IMG/VR virus record: IMGVR_UViG_3300008113_000019
Location: 32,001-96,000 of that record
Source of the DNA: a virus
Lineage: Duplodnaviria; Caudoviricetes
Strand: one strand, 5' to 3'
DNA length: 64,000 nucleotides
The notes below the pieces were generated by a model, which saw only the letters and a list, made by a program, of their open reading frames with translations, was not told where the DNA came from and searched no databases. The translations under genes and the position numbers were made by a program. Below, piece by piece: positions 46,350 through 53,972 of this stretch; the stretch's first letter is position 1, and every line of letters begins with the position of its first letter.

Positions 46350-46380
46350 AGTATATTACGTAACATAAAAAATGTACACA
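46350..46380 (-). promoter_or_regulatory. early promoter (probably gives a leaderless transcript)
   Basis: GTGTACA-17 nt-TATACT. Confidence 0.8.
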
Positions 46381-46381
46381 A

Positions 46382-46966
46382 CTATTTTTGTCTGATGTAC
46401 TTTGCGATCATGTGCATGATTGCCTGATGGACATCTTCAGTGGCCTCATACTCATCGCAATCAACATGAATAGAAATGTCGGCCAGTCGTGCACACCAGT
46501 TATCTGGCGACATACCAGTCAGAGCAATGGTTTTCATTTTCTTTAGCCGTGCCATTTCAATCGCTTTAACAACATTAGGCGAGTTGCCGCTCGACGAGAT
46601 TGCAACCAACACGTCGCCTTCCTGGCCAAATGACTCAAGCTGAAATGAATAAACATCGTCATAGGAGATATCATTTGAGATTGCCGTCATGAGAGGGATG
46701 TTAGCTGCCAGCGAAATGACTCTTGGAACTACACCGCCCTTACGGCAACCCTTGGTATAGTCACATGCCCAGTGTTGTGCAATCGCTGCTGATGCACCGT
46801 TACCAATAGTATAGATGTTTCTTCTGTGATTTGATAAGCTGGTCAAAAAGAGAAGTTCTGCTGCTCTCTTGAACTGAACAACATCAATACTATCAAAGGC
46901 CTTGAGTACTTTTTCTCTGTGCTCAGTAAGGATATCAGTCGCGGTAAACAACTTTTGCTCCTTCAT
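46382..46966 (-). CDS. gmhA: phosphoheptose (sedoheptulose-7-phosphate) isomerase
   Basis: GNGAS...AQH, TAISND..YD.V, GDVLVAISSSGNSPNV, ED.H. Confidence 0.88.
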   Translation of the reverse strand: MKEQKLFTATDILTEHREKVLKAFDSIDVVQFKRAAELLFLTSLSNHRRNIYTIGNGASAAIAQHWACDYTKGCRKGGVVPRVISLAANIPLMTAISNDISYDDVYSFQLESFGQEGDVLVAISSSGNSPNVVKAIEMARLKKMKTIALTGMSPDNWCARLADISIHVDCDEYEATEDVHQAIMHMIAKYIRQK

Positions 46967-47885
46967 GTGAAATTCCTATGTCTAGACACGTGCGGTCTGA
47001 AAACTCTTTTCGAATTGCATTCTTTGATTCTGTGAGAGCTAGCATATATCCACCGCCACCAGCTCCGAGTAGTTTGGCACCAAGTGCACCTGCGGCTTGA
47101 CACCGTTCGTACATACTATCTATCTCATCATTCGAGATCTCATCAGACATTTGTTTCTTGAGTATCCATGCTGAGTTGAGCAACCGACCATACTCATTTG
47201 GGTTCACCGGTTGCGTGGCTTGCATCTCTGCCATGTGGGCCAATTCACGAATCACAAAGGCCTTGGCTTCAAAGTTAATCGTGTCAAGAATCTTGGCCGC
47301 GTGGTGCTCTATGTTCGTAGGAACCAGAATAAGCCAATTTTCAAGTGCATTCGAATCCAGCCGTTTTACTTCTACACGACCTTTGCCAAGTTCATTCGAA
47401 TAACGAATGTAGTTCATGCCACCGAATGCAGAAGCAAACTGATCCTGCATACCGATCTTCCAACCACAGAGGTCAATCTCGATATGACACGCAGTCTTAG
47501 CAATACCATATGGATTCATATACTCATAGCCAAGATATGCACTCAGAGCTTTGACAAGAGCACAAGTAAAGGCAGACGATCCACCAAGACCATTACCGAT
47601 CGTGGGGATGTCTGCGAATGATGTGATTTCAATGTTGGACTTGATACCAAAGAACTTCAATGCGTTACGGACGATTTCATTCTGAATCTCGTCTACGCGC
47701 TCTACGCACTCTTGCTTTGAATAGGAGACTTTGATATGATTATGAGGTGTGTGCATGACAGCTACATAGACATACTTATCGATAGCAGTCGAGATTGTAG
47801 CTCCACCCCACTGGGCGAAGTGGGCGGGGATATCACTACCCCCGCCAAAGAACGAGACTCTAAGCGGCGCTTTTGCCAAGATCAC
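46935..47885 (-). CDS. hddA: D-glycero-D-manno-heptose-7-phosphate kinase (GHMP kinase)
   Basis: APLRVSFFGGGSD, GLGGSS, G.QDQ, GAKLLGAGGGG. Confidence 0.88.
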   Translation of the reverse strand: MILAKAPLRVSFFGGGSDIPAHFAQWGGATISTAIDKYVYVAVMHTPHNHIKVSYSKQECVERVDEIQNEIVRNALKFFGIKSNIEITSFADIPTIGNGLGGSSAFTCALVKALSAYLGYEYMNPYGIAKTACHIEIDLCGWKIGMQDQFASAFGGMNYIRYSNELGKGRVEVKRLDSNALENWLILVPTNIEHHAAKILDTINFEAKAFVIRELAHMAEMQATQPVNPNEYGRLLNSAWILKKQMSDEISNDEIDSMYERCQAAGALGAKLLGAGGGGYMLALTESKNAIRKEFSDRTCLDIGISHEGAKVVYRD

Positions 47886-48846
47886 GGTGTTGTTCCTTCA
47901 ATGATGCAATCAGTCCCTTCCACTTCGGCATGATCGACTCCCAAGAGAATCGAGTATCGGCATATGCCTTGATGAATGTGAGAAGGTTTGTCAAGTCATT
48001 ATTCTGTACGTTTTCAATAGCATACATCAGTGTATGAGCAAAGATGTTGGCATGAAGGTTCATGTCTTCATGATCACCATCATACTGAACAGTTAGCCCG
48101 GCTGAAGTATCAGTAAGAGCAGAGAAGTTAGGGTGAACAGCCAAACAACCAGCAGACATAGCTTCGATAAGAGATCTGCATGACGTTTCAGGCCAGATAC
48201 AAGGGTACGCAAAGATATGAGCCTTTTGATAAGCAGCGCGGACAGTCTCTTGGTCTGCCCAACCGTGATAATTGATTTGTGGATGGTCTCTCATCTTCTG
48301 GAAGAGAGGTTCATACTGTGCATCTCGACCTTCCCAGTTCTTACCATAGATACCAAACGAAGAGAACACATCGAGTTCAATATTAGGATACTTTTCAGCT
48401 AGAGCGCAAAAAACAGGAACCAGAATCTCCAGTCCACGATGAGGTGTGGACGTATAAATGAGGCGTATCTTGTCCTTTGGCTTTTCAACGAGAGGAATTG
48501 GTTCGACACCTGTTTCAATAACGCACGATTGGTGGCTATATGGAACTCCAAGATAGTCACGATATTGCTGATACTGCCAGTTGCTGCTAAAGACCAACTT
48601 GTGGAAGCGAGCTCGAGAAGCTGGGTCTTTAAGGTGTTCAGCTTCTGGATCGAGAGCAAGATCATGTAGGTGGTAGATTCTAATTCGCTCAGGATCCAAC
48701 TCGCGGACGCGAGCAGTGATAATTTGGATTCCATCGAGCTCATCACGAGTAAGTCGGTGGAAGAGATTTCGAGTGGTGAGTTCTGTTCCACCGTTCGACT
48801 CCTTGTTGAGCTCATTCAATTCAATTAGGTCTTGATTATTCATCAT
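47860..48846 (-). CDS. glycosyltransferase (GT-B, family 4-like)
   Basis: GGTE, YTSTPHRGL, YP..WPETSC....EAM.AG; start moved to MMNNQD. Confidence 0.88.
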   Translation of the reverse strand: MMNNQDLIELNELNKESNGGTELTTRNLFHRLTRDELDGIQIITARVRELDPERIRIYHLHDLALDPEAEHLKDPASRARFHKLVFSSNWQYQQYRDYLGVPYSHQSCVIETGVEPIPLVEKPKDKIRLIYTSTPHRGLEILVPVFCALAEKYPNIELDVFSSFGIYGKNWEGRDAQYEPLFQKMRDHPQINYHGWADQETVRAAYQKAHIFAYPCIWPETSCRSLIEAMSAGCLAVHPNFSALTDTSAGLTVQYDGDHEDMNLHANIFAHTLMYAIENVQNNDLTNLLTFIKAYADTRFSWESIMPKWKGLIASLKEQHRDLGKSAA

Positions 48847-49183
48847 TGTATCCAGTAAGTTCAAAATCGTGGTCTGCATGGAAAAAGAATTCTCTGTCAT
48901 TAAAAGCCTTGTCATCGACCCAAACATCGTATGATGGCTTTCCTAGACGGATTTCGTGGAACTTGCAGCCCCAATCGTTAAGTTGTTTGTGGGTGAGTTC
49001 GGTCCAGTCAATTCCCGATCCTGAACCACGGGCCGTCCAATAAATGATCGTTGCGCCCTGATCGTATAGTTTATTTATATGATCAATACGGTGCTTCATA
49101 GGAGCAGACTGATCATAATGATGAACACCATCAATTAATGGGGTGTAACAGATAGTCTGGTCAATATCTACTATGAAGATCAT
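48836..49183 (-). CDS. small HAD-family phosphatase
   Basis: DIDQT motif I, WTARG, KP..D.WVDDK; start moved to MIFIVD. Confidence 0.85.
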   Translation of the reverse strand: MIFIVDIDQTICYTPLIDGVHHYDQSAPMKHRIDHINKLYDQGATIIYWTARGSGSGIDWTELTHKQLNDWGCKFHEIRLGKPSYDVWVDDKAFNDREFFFHADHDFELTGYNDE

Positions 49184-49461
49184 GTTGTGAACCCAATAAC
49201 AGAGTCGTAACGAAACGATCTCCAACCTTCATTCTCAAGATCCCACACGGCCTGCACATTTGGATTCGAATGTACTGGCTTAAGAGTATCTTCTTTGTGT
49301 GGAAGAAGATCTGGCTTGAGTGTACAACGCATCTTGCGCTCAGTGCCATCCTTCTTTATAAAAAGAACTTCCACCGTTCCATTATGAAGAGCTTCCTTCA
49401 GGAATTCATTCTGCCAGGAAGTGCTGTTCTGGTCTGGCGTAGTATTCAACGAGTCTGTCAT
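49180..49461 (-). CDS. SH3/WYL_2-like (DUF2693) protein
   Basis: F.KKDGT.R.M.CTL and VWDLE..GWRSFR. Confidence 0.85.
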   Translation of the reverse strand: MTDSLNTTPDQNSTSWQNEFLKEALHNGTVEVLFIKKDGTERKMRCTLKPDLLPHKEDTLKPVHSNPNVQAVWDLENEGWRSFRYDSVIGFTT

Positions 49462-49657
49462 AACCACCCACTCTTTCTTCATCAATAATAATAAAAGGAA
49501 CTGTTTTCACGTCTGGAAAGATACTAATAAATTCTTCACGAGTTAGATCAACACCGATCTTCATTTCTTCGTAAGTCTGACCTTTCAAAGAAAACAAGTT
49601 CTTCGCCTGAACACAATATGGACAATTATCTTTTGTGTAGATAACAACCTTATTCAT
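49406..49657 (-). CDS. nrdC: glutaredoxin
   Basis: CPYC, TVP and GGY motifs. Confidence 0.92.
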   Translation of the reverse strand: MNKVVIYTKDNCPYCVQAKNLFSLKGQTYEEMKIGVDLTREEFISIFPDVKTVPFIIIDEERVGGYDRLVEYYARPEQHFLAE

Positions 49658-49916
49658 CTGAACTCTTTCCTCTATAAATGTTTGCTGTTGAACGAGGATC
49701 GCCATAAACTTCGTTGGCACGCTTCTTTACCCAAGCCATGTTCTTAGCAGGACCTGGAACAGTAACCCAAGGATTCAGTCCCTTCTTCCAGGCAACCAAC
49801 TTATTCATAGCCTTCTGGAGAGGACTACGATCAGCCCGTACTTCCTTCACGCCATTTACAATAGAACGACGCTGGCCCTTCGAAGTCAGTGTCTTACGAA
49901 TTCTCTTTTTACCCAT
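49650..49916 (-). CDS. basic hypothetical protein
   Basis: TSKG.RRS and AW.KG.NPW.T motifs; GAGG RBS. Confidence 0.75.
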   Translation of the reverse strand: MGKKRIRKTLTSKGQRRSIVNGVKEVRADRSPLQKAMNKLVAWKKGLNPWVTVPGPAKNMAWVKKRANEVYGDPRSTANIYRGKSSDE

Positions 49917-49925
49917 TATGTAACC

Positions 49926-50021
49926 TCACTTACTATTCTTGCGCGCAGCACGTGCTTTACGCTTTGTCGATCCGATTTTACGGCGTCCCTTACGAGGACG
50001 ATTCTTTGAAGGATGTGGCAT
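49926..50021 (-). CDS. 31-aa very basic peptide (MPHPSKNRPRKGRRKIGSTKRKARAARKNSK)
   Basis: Read manually; GAGGTG RBS; fills the gap. Confidence 0.65.
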   Translation of the reverse strand: MPHPSKNRPRKGRRKIGSTKRKARAARKNSK

Positions 50022-50028
50022 ATTCACC

Positions 50029-50382
50029 TCAGCTATTTAGTAATGATAAAGCGATAATTATTAAAATAGTCCAACCAAAAACCCCAAGTGATGCATTCTT
50101 AGAACTTCTGCGCCTAGGCATTTTTGCCTTTGGTGGTTTTTTGGTTTTTGATATTGGATTTAAGAGGGTGGTTTTTCTCATGCCGGCTACATTTCTAGTA
50201 ACGTAGTGCTTTGTTCTACCACCAGAATTTAAATTAGTACTGGACGTTAACCTAGAACCGCCCTTCGTTCCGGACGATCTAGATGTGGTATACTGAGTCG
50301 ACCCCTTATTGGTAATAGTTTTGGTGCTAGTGGTCCTAGAACCCTTGCCGGTCGATCGAGTAGTTCTTTTTGTATAAGCCAT
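50029..50382 (-). CDS. basic Thr/Ser-rich protein with C-terminal TM helix
   Basis: ORF composition; hydrophobic tail. Confidence 0.6.
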   Translation of the reverse strand: MAYTKRTTRSTGKGSRTTSTKTITNKGSTQYTTSRSSGTKGGSRLTSSTNLNSGGRTKHYVTRNVAGMRKTTLLNPISKTKKPPKAKMPRRRSSKNASLGVFGWTILIIIALSLLNS

Positions 50383-50422
50383 GATATAGTACCTAATATG
50401 GTTTCACATAATTCATTATATA

Positions 50423-50803
50423 TCACGTTTTCTGAATTAAAGACAATTCTTTTTCTCTGTCAATATACTTATACTCAACTTTTGTAGGATTCCAGGATTC
50501 CATTGCTGCAAACACATCTTCAATATTCAGCGCGCTGCAAGTATAGACATCCAGTTGAGCAAGTGCTGGTTCACACTCATCCCAAACATGAAGAGCAATA
50601 TGACTGGTTTCAATAATAGTGACTGCGGTCAATCCGCGGTTGCCAACCATATCTGAATAAACTGAATATGGACCCATGAGGATCTTCATATCAATTGCTT
50701 CGACGAGCTTTCGCATCCACACATCAATGGCTGTAGTGCATTGCGGAGGATTATCTAATTCTGCTCTTACGATTAAGTGCTTGTGTTCTAGTACCTTACC
50801 CAC
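50423..50803 (-). CDS. speD: S-adenosylmethionine decarboxylase proenzyme-like protein
   Basis: HKHLI, G.T....IETSHIALHVW, LDVYTC; GTG start. Confidence 0.82.
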   Translation of the reverse strand: MGKVLEHKHLIVRAELDNPPQCTTAIDVWMRKLVEAIDMKILMGPYSVYSDMVGNRGLTAVTIIETSHIALHVWDECEPALAQLDVYTCSALNIEDVFAAMESWNPTKVEYKYIDREKELSLIQKT

Positions 50804-50804
50804 C

Positions 50805-51224
50805 TCATAAAGTCTCCTGTTCGGGGTTAAAGAGTAGAGCCTTGACATGACTCGCTTGAATCTTACAACTTACCCAGTTATTGTAAAATTTTGGATCTAG
50901 TATTGCATCATGATCAAAAATATACTTTGTTTCAAAGTAATTGCACTCACCACGAGATTTACATAAACGAAGAATAGTTCGTTTGAAGTTCTCTTTGCCA
51001 AGCTTTTCTATGTCTGCCTTTAAGGCGGGAGAAGACCCGTAATAGTCGTCCCAATCGGACTCTACACGGATCTTCTTCCTTTTACCTTTGACAGTCTTGT
51101 ATCCAGCTTTTGTAAGATACTTACGACCTATGTATTTCTTACCATTAGTCAGATTTTCAATAAGGTATACGAAGCCATACCATTCATCAGTATTTGTAAA
51201 TTCTTTGCCTTCGTATATCCACAT
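50805..51224 (-). CDS. small GIY-YIG nuclease (conserved near nrdB in T4-like phages)
   Basis: GFVYLI.N...GKKYIGRK, ESDW..YYGS, F.R.IL, YN. Confidence 0.85.
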   Translation of the reverse strand: MWIYEGKEFTNTDEWYGFVYLIENLTNGKKYIGRKYLTKAGYKTVKGKRKKIRVESDWDDYYGSSPALKADIEKLGKENFKRTILRLCKSRGECNYFETKYIFDHDAILDPKFYNNWVSCKIQASHVKALLFNPEQETL

Positions 51225-51256
51225 AAATCTATTCCATAACAAGCGGAAAGATTTAT

Positions 51257-51394
51257 TTATTCGTCTTCATCTTCATCATCAAGAAGTTCTTCTGGGAGAT
51301 CCTCACCGCAGTAAGGACAGAAGAGAGGAGAAAGTGTGCAGTCTGATACTAATTTAAATTCCTCCTCGCAGGAGGGGCAAGTTGTCCAATCCAT
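51257..51394 (-). CDS. 45-aa zinc-ribbon protein
   Basis: CPSC...CPYC and acidic tail; start moved to MDWTT. Confidence 0.75.
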   Translation of the reverse strand: MDWTTCPSCEEEFKLVSDCTLSPLFCPYCGEDLPEELLDDEDEDE

Positions 51395-51409
51395 TAAATG
51401 TGTTTTCCT

Positions 51410-51473
51410 TATAAATAAGTGTGGTTCGCGGTCTCGTACACCCAACCACTCTAATGCCATTGGGAGCACCAGC
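51410..51473 (+). ncRNA. late promoter plus structured 5' leader motif, copy B
   Basis: TATAAATA (51410-51417), stems GTGGTT/AACCAC, GGT/ACC, TGC/GCA; covaries with copy A. Confidence 0.7.
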
Positions 51474-52019
51474 ATGAATATTTACTATATATATGCCTAT
51501 TTAAGATCTTCAAATAATACTCCCTATTATATAGGGAAAGGTAAAGATGATAGAGCTTATGCAAAACATAAAGGCATCTCTACTCCAAAAGATCGTTCTA
51601 AAATTGTTATATTAGAATCTAATTTAACTGAAGTTGGAGCATTTGCTTTAGAGCGCCGTTATATCAAATGGTATGGTCGTAAAGATCTAAAAACAGGAAT
51701 ATTATTAAACAAAACAGATGGTGGAGAAGGATCTTCTGGTTTAATTCATTCAAAGGAAACCAAAGCAAAAATATCACAATTAAAAACCGGTTCTAAAACT
51801 AAACCCCGCAGTGAAGAATTTAAAAAATTATTAAGTGAAAAATATAAAGGCAAACCTCTTTCAGAAGAAACAAGAAGAAAGATGAGCGAAGCCGCTAAGA
51901 GACGTAAAACTCAACCAAGATCTGGTTGTAAACATTCAGAAGAAACTAAAGCAAAAATAGCTATAGCTAAAATGGGAAATCAATGCGCTAGAAAATATCC
52001 TAAAGCTGAAAGCCTTTGA
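51474..52019 (+). CDS. free-standing GIY-YIG-like homing endonuclease with NUMOD3 repeats
   Basis: YIYAY...PYYIGKG...RA, E...I..YGR, L.N.TDGGEG, HS.ETKAKI repeats; AT-rich; antisense, overlapping the nrdB stop. Confidence 0.88.
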   Translation: MNIYYIYAYLRSSNNTPYYIGKGKDDRAYAKHKGISTPKDRSKIVILESNLTEVGAFALERRYIKWYGRKDLKTGILLNKTDGGEGSSGLIHSKETKAKISQLKTGSKTKPRSEEFKKLLSEKYKGKPLSEETRRKMSEAAKRRKTQPRSGCKHSEETKAKIAIAKMGNQCARKYPKAESL

Positions 52020-53091
52020 AGGTGTTTTCGTCTACGTCTTTCTTGACTCCGCCAATTACATAACTAGTAATCTCTGTTTCCTGTGGAGCAACCTGAACCT
52101 CTGCACCGGAGATCCACTTCTGCGTCCATGGCAGTGGATTTGCACCCGGCTTACCGCTTAGTCCAATTGCACCCATGCGCTTCGCGGCGATATGATCTAC
52201 ATAGTCACAAAGTAGCTGTTCGTTCAGTCCGATCATAGATCCATTCTTAAAAAGATAATGTGCCCACTTCTTTTCTTGTTCGACAACTTTGTAAAACATG
52301 TCAATGCACTCATGTTGTGTCTCTTGCCGAATTTGTTCAAAGTCCGGATCCTCCTTTGGGAGAATTTTGAGCAGTTGCTGAGTTGAGGCAAGATGAACAT
52401 TCTCATCCCGTGCAATGAGCTTGATGATTTTCGCATTGCCCTCCATTTTCTTAACCTCCGCAAAAGCCCAGCTACATGCAAACGAGACATAGAATCTTAC
52501 CCCTTCAAGAGCATTGACAGCGTTGAGGCACATCCATAGTGCCTTCTTGTGATCATAGTAGTCGAATACGGTCTTGCCAGTGTCAGCTGATACAGGCTTC
52601 GTGTTTAGCTTGATAAGGTCATCGTAATACTTAGAAATGTCCTTAGCGCAGTCTACGATCTCAGGGATCTCCAGCATTTCATCAAAGACTCTGGAAGGAT
52701 CAGAATAGACGTTACGAATGATATGAGTATAGGAACGGGAATGAATGGTTTCAAAAAACGTCCAAGTCTGGATCCAGGTTTCCAGCTCAGGAAGCGAACA
52801 TATAGGTAGAAAAGCTGCAGATGGAGCACGGCCCTGGACAGAGTCAAGGAGGATCTGGCGTTTGAGATTAGACGTGAATATGTGCTTCTCATGCTCGTTC
52901 AATCCTTTGAAGTCCTTGCCGTCTCGCGAAAGGTCAACCTCTTCCGGTCTCCAGAAGAAACCCAGTTGCTTCTCGGTCAGCTTTTCAAACGTACTGTAGC
53001 GTTGCTTATCATAACGAGCAATATTCACCGGCTTCCCGAAGAAGCAGGTCTGTTCAGTAGCATCAAACTTTTCGTTTGAAAAAACGGTCAT
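52000..53091 (-). CDS. nrdB: ribonucleotide reductase class Ia beta subunit
   Basis: [41 protein letters not shown]. Confidence 0.97.
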   Translation of the reverse strand: MTVFSNEKFDATEQTCFFGKPVNIARYDKQRYSTFEKLTEKQLGFFWRPEEVDLSRDGKDFKGLNEHEKHIFTSNLKRQILLDSVQGRAPSAAFLPICSLPELETWIQTWTFFETIHSRSYTHIIRNVYSDPSRVFDEMLEIPEIVDCAKDISKYYDDLIKLNTKPVSADTGKTVFDYYDHKKALWMCLNAVNALEGVRFYVSFACSWAFAEVKKMEGNAKIIKLIARDENVHLASTQQLLKILPKEDPDFEQIRQETQHECIDMFYKVVEQEKKWAHYLFKNGSMIGLNEQLLCDYVDHIAAKRMGAIGLSGKPGANPLPWTQKWISGAEVQVAPQETEITSYVIGGVKKDVDENTFKGFQL

Positions 53092-53633
53092 TCAACTCTC
53101 CAAATACTTGTATTCAGTTTCAGGTCTTTCGGCCAATCGCCTTCTGTGTATGATTTATCATGGAATCGAAGTTCATTCGTCGGCATGATAGTCAACCTAC
53201 CATTGTCCAGCTGAATGAACATGAATTCTTTCGATTGAGATGGGTCTTGAGTGAATCCATCATACATTGGAATCACTGTAAAGAGATAACGGCCAAAGAG
53301 GCCGTTGCTTCGAATCTCTGCTCTTTGGCTGTGCAGATAATTATATATCACGACAGAGAACTGATCGCCGTAACAATCCCAGATCTGTGTGTCGTGAAGT
53401 CGCCATTGTTGTTCTGGTACTTGATTGAACGCAAGTGCATGAGGTGGAACGCCACGATAGACGGCTCCACACTCTAGCATAATATGACATCCCCACGAAT
53501 GTCCAGCCTTGGCATGAAGAGCAAACCAGATGCAGGGCTCGTATGTAAATGGCTTAGCATTCTTACGAATGAAAGACGAATCCACCCAACAGTAGATATG
53601 GTGAGGAAGATTTCCCGAGCCGGTGTATAGCAT
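53088..53633 (-). CDS. hypothetical protein
   Basis: 181-aa ORF coupled to nrdB. Confidence 0.75.
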   Translation of the reverse strand: MLYTGSGNLPHHIYCWVDSSFIRKNAKPFTYEPCIWFALHAKAGHSWGCHIMLECGAVYRGVPPHALAFNQVPEQQWRLHDTQIWDCYGDQFSVVIYNYLHSQRAEIRSNGLFGRYLFTVIPMYDGFTQDPSQSKEFMFIQLDNGRLTIMPTNELRFHDKSYTEGDWPKDLKLNTSIWRVE

Positions 53634-53634
53634 C

Positions 53635-53817
53635 CTAGTCCTTTTCTTCTAACCACTCGATTTGGTTTTGTGCAACAGTTCGTGTTTCGATAACACCGGT
53701 CTCGGTGTCCTCAATTGTGAGGGTAACGGCAGTGCTGTTTTCACGTGTTGCATGCTCATGCACGAACCAGGTCTTACCGGAATCTTCCCACTTATCATTA
53801 TCAATTCGAATGTACAT
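53635..53817 (-). CDS. hypothetical protein
   Basis: ORF tiles the array. Confidence 0.65.
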   Translation of the reverse strand: MYIRIDNDKWEDSGKTWFVHEHATRENSTAVTLTIEDTETGVIETRTVAQNQIEWLEEKD

Positions 53818-53819
53818 AA

Positions 53820-53960
53820 TTATCTACCTTGTCCACGATATGGTTTAAACGATCTTTTCTTATGCTTATTCATTGTTGAGAACTTTGGTCGTCTTGTATC
53901 GATTGATGTACCAGTTACAATTTTAACGTGTGCTTGCTTTGACGTAACAGACTTTGCCAT
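53820..53960 (-). CDS. 46-aa basic peptide ending KKRSFKPYRGQGR
   Basis: Read manually; AGGAG RBS directly after nrdA. Confidence 0.75.
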   Translation of the reverse strand: MAKSVTSKQAHVKIVTGTSIDTRRPKFSTMNKHKKRSFKPYRGQGR

Positions 53961-53972
53961 TGAATACTCCTG

